Assembly (NCBI GenBank): GCA_963778655.1
Contig: CAVZVA010000009.1
Coordinates: 1,184,001 to 1,248,000 of the forward strand
Reading direction: 5' to 3'
DNA: 64,000 bases
Origin: an uncultured delta proteobacterium
GTDB lineage: Bacteria > Myxococcota_A > Polyangia > Polyangiales > JAFGIB01
Below are positions 54,671 through 64,000 of the stretch, in pieces. Below the pieces are notes generated by a model. The model made no database searches. It saw only the letters and a list, made by a program, of their open reading frames with translations, and was not told the DNA's origin. The translations under genes were made by a program, and so were the position numbers. Position 1 is the first letter of the stretch, and every line of letters begins with the position of its first letter.

Positions 54671-54836
54671 ATCAGAGCTCAGATTGAAACGCGCACGATT
54701 TCACGGCCCTGGCGGGCGCATGGCACGAGCACTCGCCGCTTGACGTAGGGTTCATTACGCCTGCGGGCTCCTGCCTGCACCCTGCATACGCCCATCGCCG
54801 CGACTTCGCACAAGTTTCAACCTGTCGGTGCTCTAG
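54667..54836. repeat. ~170-bp palindromic MITE-like element bounded by CTAG
   Basis: Ends CTAGA-N8-CAGATTGAAAC and (reverse) CTAGA-N7-CAGGTTGAAAC; internal GACGTA..TACGCC hairpin. Confidence 0.55.
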
Positions 54837-54839
54837 CAA

Positions 54840-55607
54840 CTACCGGAACTCCGCGATCACCGGCGCATGGTCCGAGGGCAGCTTGCCCTTGCGCTGCTCG
54901 CGGTCGATCGCGGCGGACACGCAGCGCTCGGCCAGCGGGCGCGTGGCCAGCACGTGGTCGATGCGCAGCCCGTTGTTCTTGGGAAAGCCGAGCTGGCGGT
55001 AGTCCCACCAGGAGTACAGCCCGCCCTCCGGGTGTTGCTGCCGGAAGCAGTCGATCAGCCCCCAGCGCAGCAGCTCGCCGAAGGCCGCGCGCACCTCGGG
55101 CAGGCACAGCACCGTGTCGTTCCACTCCTCGGGCCGCGCTACGTCGCGTTCGTCTGGCGCGACGTTGAGGTCGCCGCACAGCACGAGCGGCGCGTCGCGA
55201 TCGCAATTGCGCTCGAGGTAGGCGCGCAAGCGCGCGAGCCACGCCAGCTTGTAGCGCAGCTTGTCGCTGCCTGGCGCGCCGCCGTTCGGCACATAAGCCG
55301 AAACCACGCGTACGCCTTGGATACGCGCAGCGATCAGCCGCGCCTGCGAGTCGTCCTCGCCGTCGTCGAGGCCCACGCATACTTCTTCGGCCGGGCTGCG
55401 GCTCAGGATCGCCACCCCGTTGTAGCTCTTCTGCCCGTGCGCGATCGCGTGGTATCCGGCTTGCTCGAGCTCGTCGTGCGGGAAGGCCGCGTCCGGCACC
55501 TTGGTCTCCTGCAGGCACACCACGTCGGGTGCCTGGCGCGGCAGCCACGCCAGCAGGCGCTCCTTGCGCGCCTTGATCGAGTTGACGTTCCAGCTCGCGA
55601 TCTTCAT
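54840..55607 (-). CDS. xth: Exodeoxyribonuclease III
   Basis: SWNVNS, CLQETK, YNGVA, YVPNG, GDLN, GLRIDH, SDHAP. Confidence 0.95.
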   Translation of the reverse strand: MKIASWNVNSIKARKERLLAWLPRQAPDVVCLQETKVPDAAFPHDELEQAGYHAIAHGQKSYNGVAILSRSPAEEVCVGLDDGEDDSQARLIAARIQGVRVVSAYVPNGGAPGSDKLRYKLAWLARLRAYLERNCDRDAPLVLCGDLNVAPDERDVARPEEWNDTVLCLPEVRAAFGELLRWGLIDCFRQQHPEGGLYSWWDYRQLGFPKNNGLRIDHVLATRPLAERCVSAAIDREQRKGKLPSDHAPVIAEFR

Positions 55608-55696
55608 CGTTGCTTCGCAGCATACACGCGGACGCGGGCAGCGGGCGCCCCCAGCGCGCCGGCCGCGACTTCGAGCGAGCCCAGGGAGGTGACGGC

Positions 55697-56080
55697 ATGT
55701 CCAAGCGAGCGATTTCCACCGAGGCTGCACCCAAGGCGGTCGGACCCTACAGTCAGGCGATCGTGGCAGGCGGTTTCGTGTTCCTGTCGGGCCAGGTGCC
55801 GCTCGATCCGGCGACCGGCAAGCTGATCACGAGCGATGCGGTGGGCGACCACGTGCGCCGCGCGATGGACAACCTCAAGGCCGTGCTCGAGGCGGCGGGC
55901 AGCGGGCTCGAGCGCGCGGTCAAGGCCACCCTCTACCTGGCCGACATCGCCGACTTTCCCGAGGTCAACCGCGCCTATGCCGCCTACTTCGGCGCGGAGC
56001 CGCCCGCGCGGGCCACGCTGCAGGTCGGCGCGCTACCGCTCGGGGCGCGAGTCGAGATCGATCTGATCGCGCTGGCTTGA
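55697..56080 (+). CDS. ridA: RidA/YjgF family enamine deaminase
   Basis: GGAGG RBS; GPYSQA, SGQVP, PARA, VEID. Confidence 0.9.
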   Translation: MSKRAISTEAAPKAVGPYSQAIVAGGFVFLSGQVPLDPATGKLITSDAVGDHVRRAMDNLKAVLEAAGSGLERAVKATLYLADIADFPEVNRAYAAYFGAEPPARATLQVGALPLGARVEIDLIALA

Positions 56081-56105
56081 GCGCGGCCCGCTCCGGATTG
56101 CGGGA

Positions 56106-56205
56106 TCACGGGAAGTCGCGAAGACGGGAAGAGGAGCTCAGTTCCCGTGGGTGGGGGCGACGCCAACCGCAAACCCTAATCCTTCCCGTCTTCCTGTCTC
56201 CGGTT
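56106..56205. repeat. REP-like repeat, copy 3 (GGGAAG family)
   Basis: GAAGACGGGAAG ... CTTCCCGTCTTC perfect 12-bp inverted pair between convergent genes. Confidence 0.6.
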
Positions 56206-56206
56206 C

Positions 56207-59200
56207 TCACTGCGCGGCGTCGGCGTCGTGATGGGTGGCGCCGTGATCGTGGGGGCGGGACAGCGTGCCGCCGCCGTGCTGCGGCTGGCCGCGGTGGCGG
56301 TGGAACAGGCGGTCCATCACCAGGAAGAAGACCGGCGTCACGAACAGCGTCAGCAGCTGCGAGAAAAGCAGCCCGCCCACGACCGCGAGACCGAGCGGTC
56401 TGCGAGACTCGGCGCCGGCGCCCAGCCCGAGCGCGATCGGAAGCGTGCCCACCAGCGCCGCCATGGTGGTCATGGTGATCGGGCGGAAGCGTACGCGGCA
56501 CGCTTCGTAGATCGCCTGTTCGGCGTCCTTGCCCTCGTTGCGCTGCGCCTCGAGCGCGAAGTCGATCATCATGATGCCGTTCTTCTTGACCAGCCCGACC
56601 AGCATGATGATGCCCACGAAGGCGTAGATGCTGAGCTCCTCGTGAAACACCGCGAGCGTGGCCAGCGCGCCGAAGCCGGCGAAGGGCAGGGCCGACAGAA
56701 TCGTGACCGGGTGGATGAAGCTCTCGTACAGGATCCCGAGCACCATGTAGATCACCAGGATCGCGAGCACGAGCAGCGCCCCCAGGCCGCCCTGCGAGGC
56801 CGCGAACGCCTGGGCCGTGCCCTGGAAGCTGGTGCTGACGGTGGCCGGCACCACGTGGCGCGCCAGGTCGTCGACGGCCGCGATCGCGTTTCCGAGCGAG
56901 GCGCCCTGGCGCAGGTTGAACGACACGGTGACGGCCGGGAGCTGGCCCAGATGGTTGATGGTCAGCGGCCCGAGCGTGCGGCGCAGCGTGGCCACCGCGT
57001 CGAGCGGCACCACCTTGCCGTCACTCGCGCGAACGTAGAGCTTGGAAAGCGCGTCGGGATTGCGCGCCGACTCGGGCAGAAGCTCGAGGATCACCTGATA
57101 GGTGTCGTTCGAAGCGTAGATGGTCGAGATCTGCCGGCTGGCGTACGCATTGAAGAGGGCGGTCTCGATCTGCAATGCGCTCAAGCCGTAGGAAGACGCC
57201 TTGTCACGGTCGATCACCACCTCGAGCCGCGGGTTGTTCACCTCCAGGTCGCTGGTCACGTCCTGCAGGCCCGCGATCCCGTGCATCTTCTGCTCGAGCT
57301 CTTGCGCCGCGCGATAGAGCTCGGCGGTGTCGGTGCCTTGCAGCGTGAACTGGTACTGGCTTTTGCTCAGCATGCCGCCCAGGCGGATCGCCGGTGGGTT
57401 TTGCAGGTAGGTCCGAATGCCCGGCACCTTGGCCAGTTTGGGGCGCAGCTCGGCGATGATGTCGTCGACGCCGAGCGCGCGCTCCGAGCGCGGCTTGAGG
57501 TGCATGAACACCACGCCGGTGTTCGAGCCGCCGGTGCCGCGAGAGCCGCAGCTCGAAAAGAACACCTTGATGTTGGGATCCTTGCCCACGATCGCCGCGA
57601 CCGCGCGCTGGTGGCGAACCATGTCCTCGAACGAGGTGCCCTGGGCGGTCTCGGTCGCGCCGAAGATCATGTTTTGATCCTCGCTCGGAAACAGGCCCTT
57701 GGGGATGTGCTTGAACAGCACGAAGGTCGCCGCCAGCGTCGCCGCCGACAGCAACAGCACCGTGACGCGGTGGCGCAGCGACCAGCGCAGCCCGCGGTCG
57801 TAGGCGCGCAGCAGGGTGTCGAAGGCGCGCTCGCTGAGCGCGTGCAGACCGGCGCGGGAGCTGCGTTCGGAGGAGCCGCGCAGCATGCGGCTCGCCAGCA
57901 TTGGGGTCAGCGTGAGCGAGATGAAGCCGGAGATCAGGATCGCCACGCCGATGGTGACCGCGAACTCGTGGAACAAGCGGCCCAACACCCCACCCATGAA
58001 CAGAACGGGGATGAAGACGGCCGACAGCGACAGCGTCATCGAGACGATCGTGAAGCCGATTTCCTTGGCGCCGTCGACGGCCGCCTGGAACGGGCGCACA
58101 CCGGCCTCCATGTGGCGCACGATGTTCTCGAGCATCACGATCGCGTCGTCGACGACGAAGCCCACCGAGAGCGTCAGCGCCATCAGCGAGAGGTTGTCGA
58201 GGTTGTAGCCGAGCAGGTACATCGCTGCGAAGGTGCCGATGGTCGACAGCGGCAGCGCCACGCTGGCGATGAAGGTGGCCGAGATGCTGCGCAGGAACAG
58301 GAAGATCACCAGCACCACCAGCACCAGCGCGCTCAGCAGAGTGAACTTGACGTCGCGGACCGACTCCTGGATCGTCTCGGAGTGGTCCGAAAGCACGTGC
58401 AGCGTGACCGAGGCCGGTAGCTGGGAGCGGAAGTGTGGTAACAGGGCCTTCACTGAGCGGGCCACTTCCACGGTGTTGGTACCGGGCTGGCGCTGGATCG
58501 CCAGCACCAGCGCGCGTTGGTCCTTGAACCAGGCTGCCGTCTTGTCGTTCTCTACGCTGTCGATGGCGCGGCCGATGTCCTGTAGGCGCACCGGCTTACC
58601 GTCGCGGTAGGCGACCACGATCGGAGCGTAGTCGGCCGCCCGGTCGAGCTGTCCCTTCGCCTGGACGGTGGTCGCCTGGTAGCGGCCCCAGATCACGCCA
58701 GACGGCAGATTGACGTTGGCGGCCTGGACGGCGCTGGCCACGTCATCCAGGCCGATGCCGCGGGTGGCCAGCGCGTGGGGGTCGAGCTGGATCCGCACCG
58801 CGTACTTCTGGGAGCCGTAGACCTGGACCTGAGCCACGCCGCGCACCATCGAGATGCGCTGGGCCATCAGCGTTTCACCGTACTCGTCCAAGGTGGACAA
58901 CGGCAGGTCGGGGGAGGTGAGGGCGAGATACAGGATCGGCCGATCGGCCGGATTGACCTTGCGGTACGAGGGCGGCGTCGGCATGTTGGACGGCAGCTGC
59001 TTGGCCGCCGTCATGATCGCCGCCTGCACATCCTGTGCGGCGGAGTCGAGGTTGCGGGAGAGATCGAACTGCAGGGTGATCTCCGTGACCCCGAGCCCGC
59101 TGGACGAGCTCATCGAGTCCACGCCCGCGATGGTCGAGAACTGCTTCTCCAGCGGTGAGGCGACCGCCGAGGCCATGGTGTCGGGGTTGGCGCCGGGCAG

Positions 59201-59350
59201 GTTGGCCGTCACCAGGACGGTGGGAAAGTCGACGTTGGGTAGGTCGCTGACCGGCAGGCGCAGGTAGCCGAGGACGCCGAACACCACCACCGCCAGCATC
59301 ACGAGCAGGGTCGCGACCGGACGGCGGATGAACAGGCCCGAGATGCTCAC
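56207..59350 (-). CDS. RND efflux permease (MdtB/MdtC-like)
   Basis: FIRRPVAT, GFVVDDAIV, GLVKKNGIM, RFRPITMTT; GTG start overlaps MFP stop. Confidence 0.93.
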   Translation of the reverse strand: MSISGLFIRRPVATLLVMLAVVVFGVLGYLRLPVSDLPNVDFPTVLVTANLPGANPDTMASAVASPLEKQFSTIAGVDSMSSSSGLGVTEITLQFDLSRNLDSAAQDVQAAIMTAAKQLPSNMPTPPSYRKVNPADRPILYLALTSPDLPLSTLDEYGETLMAQRISMVRGVAQVQVYGSQKYAVRIQLDPHALATRGIGLDDVASAVQAANVNLPSGVIWGRYQATTVQAKGQLDRAADYAPIVVAYRDGKPVRLQDIGRAIDSVENDKTAAWFKDQRALVLAIQRQPGTNTVEVARSVKALLPHFRSQLPASVTLHVLSDHSETIQESVRDVKFTLLSALVLVVLVIFLFLRSISATFIASVALPLSTIGTFAAMYLLGYNLDNLSLMALTLSVGFVVDDAIVMLENIVRHMEAGVRPFQAAVDGAKEIGFTIVSMTLSLSAVFIPVLFMGGVLGRLFHEFAVTIGVAILISGFISLTLTPMLASRMLRGSSERSSRAGLHALSERAFDTLLRAYDRGLRWSLRHRVTVLLLSAATLAATFVLFKHIPKGLFPSEDQNMIFGATETAQGTSFEDMVRHQRAVAAIVGKDPNIKVFFSSCGSRGTGGSNTGVVFMHLKPRSERALGVDDIIAELRPKLAKVPGIRTYLQNPPAIRLGGMLSKSQYQFTLQGTDTAELYRAAQELEQKMHGIAGLQDVTSDLEVNNPRLEVVIDRDKASSYGLSALQIETALFNAYASRQISTIYASNDTYQVILELLPESARNPDALSKLYVRASDGKVVPLDAVATLRRTLGPLTINHLGQLPAVTVSFNLRQGASLGNAIAAVDDLARHVVPATVSTSFQGTAQAFAASQGGLGALLVLAILVIYMVLGILYESFIHPVTILSALPFAGFGALATLAVFHEELSIYAFVGIIMLVGLVKKNGIMMIDFALEAQRNEGKDAEQAIYEACRVRFRPITMTTMAALVGTLPIALGLGAGAESRRPLGLAVVGGLLFSQLLTLFVTPVFFLVMDRLFHRHRGQPQHGGGTLSRPHDHGATHHDADAAQ

Positions 59351-60528
59351 GGCGGCGCCTCCGCCGCCTCCGCAGAGCCGAGCCCAGGCTTGAGCTCGAC
59401 CTTGGTGCCCTCCACGAGATTGAGCTGGCCGTCGGTCACGATGCGCTCGCCGGCCTTGAGCCCGCGATCGATCACCACCGTGTCGCCGGCCCGCAGGCCG
59501 CTGCCGACGCGGCGGGCGTGCGCCACGAGCTTGTCGTCGAGCACGAACACTTGGTCGCCGCGCTGCCCGGTGGTGACCGCGCGCGCGGGTACGACCACCA
59601 CGTCGTGCAGGGTGGCAAGCCGCATCTTGACCTCGACGAACTGGCCGGGCCACAGCGCGTGGTCGTGGTTGGCGAAGGTGGCCTTGAGCGCGATTGTACC
59701 GGTGGCGGTGTCCACCGTGTTGTCGATGAAAGTGAGCGTGCCCTTGGCCGTGGTCGGGTCCGGCGGCACCCGCGCCTCGACCGCCAGCTGGGCCTGCGCC
59801 TGGTTCTTGCGGATCTGCGGCAGCTTGTCGGCCGGCACCGCGAACGAGACGTAGATCGGGCTGATCTGGCGGATGACGACCAGCGGCGTGTCCGCGTTGG
59901 CCTTGATCAGGTTGCCGGCGGTGATCTGCAGGCTGCCGGTGCGGCCGTCGATCGGCGCCAGGATCTTGGTGTAGCCGAGGTTGACTTTCGCGGTGTCGAG
60001 CGCGCCGCGGTCGGCCTGCAAGGTCGCGCGCAGGCTAGCGAGCTGAGTGTAGCTCTGGTCGTACTCTTGCTGCGAGACCAGGTTCTGCTTCAGCAGCTCC
60101 GCGGCGCGGTGCTCCTGCAGCTCGGCGTTGTGCTCCTGCACCTGGTCGCGCGCCAGGTTCGCCTGCGCCTGCTCGAGCGCGAGCCGAAACGGACGCGGAT
60201 CGATCAAGAACAGCGGATGGCCTTTGGCGATGTCGTCGCCCTCGCGAAAGAACACCCGCTCGATCTGGCCGTCCACCCGAGACTTGACCGCGATGGTGGA
60301 GATCGGCACCACGTTGCCGTTGGCGTCGATCTCCAAAGGGACGTCCGCGCGGGTGGCGAGCTGGGCGGTGACCGGGACCACGCGGGGGCCCGGTTTGCTG
60401 GCCTTGGCGCCCTCGCACCCGGCGTGCAGCGCGAGCAGCAGCACACAGGCCAGCGGCGCTCGGTGCCGCGCTTGCCGCCCGGAAGTGTGCGCTCGCGTGC
60501 GCCCGCGTGGGACTGCAGAGCTCGACAT
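59347..60528 (-). CDS. RND periplasmic adaptor (MdtA-like)
   Basis: SRVDGQI, IDPRPF, APIDGRTG, IDNTVD..TGTI, LWPGQFV; TTGACG-N17-TAGCTG upstream. Confidence 0.92.
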   Translation of the reverse strand: MSSSAVPRGRTRAHTSGRQARHRAPLACVLLLALHAGCEGAKASKPGPRVVPVTAQLATRADVPLEIDANGNVVPISTIAVKSRVDGQIERVFFREGDDIAKGHPLFLIDPRPFRLALEQAQANLARDQVQEHNAELQEHRAAELLKQNLVSQQEYDQSYTQLASLRATLQADRGALDTAKVNLGYTKILAPIDGRTGSLQITAGNLIKANADTPLVVIRQISPIYVSFAVPADKLPQIRKNQAQAQLAVEARVPPDPTTAKGTLTFIDNTVDTATGTIALKATFANHDHALWPGQFVEVKMRLATLHDVVVVPARAVTTGQRGDQVFVLDDKLVAHARRVGSGLRAGDTVVIDRGLKAGERIVTDGQLNLVEGTKVELKPGLGSAEAAEAPP

Positions 60529-60640
60529 CACCTGGCCTCGCAACGAGCTTCCCAGCTAAATCCCCGGCGGCGCTTCGTCAAGCAGACGCTTTGCGGAGGC
60601 AGAGACATAGCGAGGCGGGCTCGAGCGTGATTCCGCGGCG

Positions 60641-61918
<1,278 letters not shown>

Positions 61919-61921
61919 TGC

Positions 61922-63346
61922 TCAACCTTCCATCGACCCGGGAGCCCGTCGCTTGGGAGCACGCAAGAGACGCCGTACGAGCGCGGGATCCGCTTCGGCC
62001 AGGGTTTGACTCGATCCGTCGGCCACGTGCAGCAGCCGGATCGCGCCGCGCGTGAGCGCAAGCACCGCATCGTAGCGCCAGGCACGGGCAAAGGCGAGGC
62101 AGCGCCGCGCGTCGTCGTCGGCCAGGGTCGCGACGGCGATTTCGGCCCGCCGCAGCGATTCGGCCACCGCCGCCACCCGGCGGGCGTCTCCGCCCGCGAC
62201 CGTCACCCGCGGGCCGGCGTACGCCGGGAGCTCGACGCCAGCCACGCGCAACGTCCACTGCAGATTGCCGAGGTCGAGCGCAAACCCGGTCGCGGGCGCA
62301 TCCAGGCCGAAACGCGCGAGCAGGTCGTCGTAGCGCCCGCCGCCGCCGAGCGCCTCGCCCGGACCGTGTGCCAGCAAGCTGAAGTGCATGCCGGTGTAGT
62401 AGGACAGACCGCGCGTCTCGCTCAGGTCGAAGCACAGGTGGTCCGCGAAGTCGAGCTCGCCCATTCGCTCCGCGATTTGCGACAAGCTGCGCAGCGCAAC
62501 CTGAGCGGGCGCCGAGCGAAACACGCGCCGCGCGCTCTGCAGCACGTCGCGATCGCCGTAGTGGTCGAGCAGCGCCTCGAGCCGTTTGCACAGCGCAGGC
62601 TCGCGCACCAACGCGCGCAGTCGCGAGGCGTCCTTGTGGGCCATCGCGTCCGAGGCCGCGTCGCGCGCCGGCGCCGCGATCTGCTGCAGCAGCTCCCGCA
62701 CCAGGCGGATGTCGCTGAGCTCGACCCGGAACTGCGAGAGCCCGGCGTCCCGGCAGGCGCGGATCGCGAGCGACAGCACCTCGGCGTCCGCGTCCGCCCC
62801 CGAAGGCCCCACGCACTCGACGCCGACCTGCGAGATCTGGCGGTGATTGCGCGCGCGGCCTCGCTGGCGCCGAAAGATGCGCCCCTCGTAACACAGCCTG
62901 TACGGCGGCGGCCGATTGTTCAGGCGCGTGCCGACGATGCGGGCGATCTGCGGCGTGATGTCGGGGCGAAGCACCGCGACCTCGCCGCTCTCCGGCTCGA
63001 CGAAGCGCAGCAGCTCGTTGCTCTCGAGCGCTCCGTTGCCGCGCTCCAGCACCTCGGCGTGCTCGAACACAGGCGGTGTGACCAGCTCGTAGCCCGAGAG
63101 CTCGAAGCTGCGCAACACCCGCCGCGCGAGCTCCCGCCTCGCGGCCGCTTCCGGCGGCAACAGGTCCGCCATGCCCTTGGGCGTCACCAGCGGCGCGCTC
63201 GGCGCCGGGCTGCGCGCGGCGCGCAAGCTCTCGCCCTTGCGCGGGGACGCCTGCGGCGGCGCGCGCCACGCGGTGTGCGCCCGGCCCGAGCCCGGTGCGA
63301 CTCCGGCCGGGGCGGACCTGCTCGGCGATCGCACGCGGCTCGCCAT
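61922..63346 (-). CDS. hisZ: ATP phosphoribosyltransferase regulatory subunit; start uncertain
   Basis: PKGMADLLP, LRPDITPQIAR, YYTG, GGGRYD, ATGF; directly upstream of purA. Confidence 0.88.
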   Translation of the reverse strand: MASRVRSPSRSAPAGVAPGSGRAHTAWRAPPQASPRKGESLRAARSPAPSAPLVTPKGMADLLPPEAAARRELARRVLRSFELSGYELVTPPVFEHAEVLERGNGALESNELLRFVEPESGEVAVLRPDITPQIARIVGTRLNNRPPPYRLCYEGRIFRRQRGRARNHRQISQVGVECVGPSGADADAEVLSLAIRACRDAGLSQFRVELSDIRLVRELLQQIAAPARDAASDAMAHKDASRLRALVREPALCKRLEALLDHYGDRDVLQSARRVFRSAPAQVALRSLSQIAERMGELDFADHLCFDLSETRGLSYYTGMHFSLLAHGPGEALGGGGRYDDLLARFGLDAPATGFALDLGNLQWTLRVAGVELPAYAGPRVTVAGGDARRVAAVAESLRRAEIAVATLADDDARRCLAFARAWRYDAVLALTRGAIRLLHVADGSSQTLAEADPALVRRLLRAPKRRAPGSMEG

Positions 63347-63353
63347 CACCGCG

Positions 63354-64000
63354 TCACATCTTCACGAGCAGCACGGAGCGCACGTTGGGCAGGGCGCGCA
63401 GCTCCTTGAGCGCATCCTCGGGGATGTCATGGTCGACGTTGTACAGCGCCAGGGCCTCACCGTCGGCAAGGCCGACTTGCATCCGCGACACGTTGATCTC
63501 GCGCCGGCCCAGAATGGTGCCGACTGCGCCGATCACCCCGGGCCGATCGACGTTCTGCATCAGCATCACGCGGCCCTCGAGCGCCGCGTCGATCTCGTAG
63601 CCGTCCAGGCCGACCAGCAGCGAGTGACCGGATGCGCTCAGGGTGCCTATGGCGGTGTGCAGCCCGGCCTCGCCCGAGACCGTCACGCGCATGCTGCTCA
63701 TGAAGCGGCGCGGCGCCTCTTCCCGCACCTCGATCACGTGGATGCCGCGCTCCTTGGCCTCGTAAGGGGCGCTGATCGGATTGACCGGCCCCTCCAGGAA
63801 GCGCTCCAGGAAACCCGAGAGTGCGGCGTTCGCGATCGGACGCACGCCGAACTCACCCGCCTCGCCCGCGCAGATCACGCGCACCTCGCGCACGTCGATC
63901 GCCTCGAGCTGACCGAGCAGCTTCCCGAGCTTGCGCGCCAGCACCACGTACGGCGCCAGCTTCTCGGCTGCCTCGCCGGGCAGCGCCGGCACGTTGACCG
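63354..64000 (-). CDS. serA: D-3-phosphoglycerate dehydrogenase, C-terminal ASB + ACT domains (partial)
   Basis: VN..SA...AKERGI, NVDRPGVIG..G..LG...INV..MQV ACT motif. Confidence 0.85.
   Translation of the reverse strand, partial: VNVPALPGEAAEKLAPYVVLARKLGKLLGQLEAIDVREVRVICAGEAGEFGVRPIANAALSGFLERFLEGPVNPISAPYEAKERGIHVIEVREEAPRRFMSSMRVTVSGEAGLHTAIGTLSASGHSLLVGLDGYEIDAALEGRVMLMQNVDRPGVIGAVGTILGRREINVSRMQVGLADGEALALYNVDHDIPEDALKELRALPNVRSVLLVKM

Overview
High-GC window of mostly core chromosome. It most likely comes from a myxobacterium (Myxococcota, Polyangiales-like). This is inferred from a TIGR04551-like beta-barrel, a TIGR02266-like PilZ protein, a PEGA protein and many Pro/Ala-rich linkers. 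Contents: aceE-aceF; a SWIM-SNF2 helicase; an AraC regulator; a serine hydrolase-NamZ fusion; paired PaaI thioesterases; a lysine catabolism pair; tRNA-Val(TAC); tig-clpP-clpX-lon followed directly by a SRAP gene; rnj; radA; DUF507-yicC-gmk; a Crp regulator; prfB-lysS-lolE-lolD-bamA-skp-fabZ; an S1 paralogue; tRNA-Val(CAC); xth; ridA; an RND pump; serA-hisZ-purA. I found no prophage, transposase, CRISPR array or defence island, and no obvious large new system. Best leads: (i) lpxD and lpxA are missing from the bamA-skp-fabZ cluster, next to an enlarged LolC/E; (ii) four of five non-programmed frameshifts sit at GATC, suggesting methylation-linked sequencing errors; (iii) SRAP is linked to Lon/ClpXP; (iv) an S1 domain is split by a long disordered insert; (v) a copper-monooxygenase-fold lipoprotein has lost most metal ligands; (vi) at least two families of small palindromic intergenic repeats. 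All family calls come from recognising motifs by eye; no searches were run.
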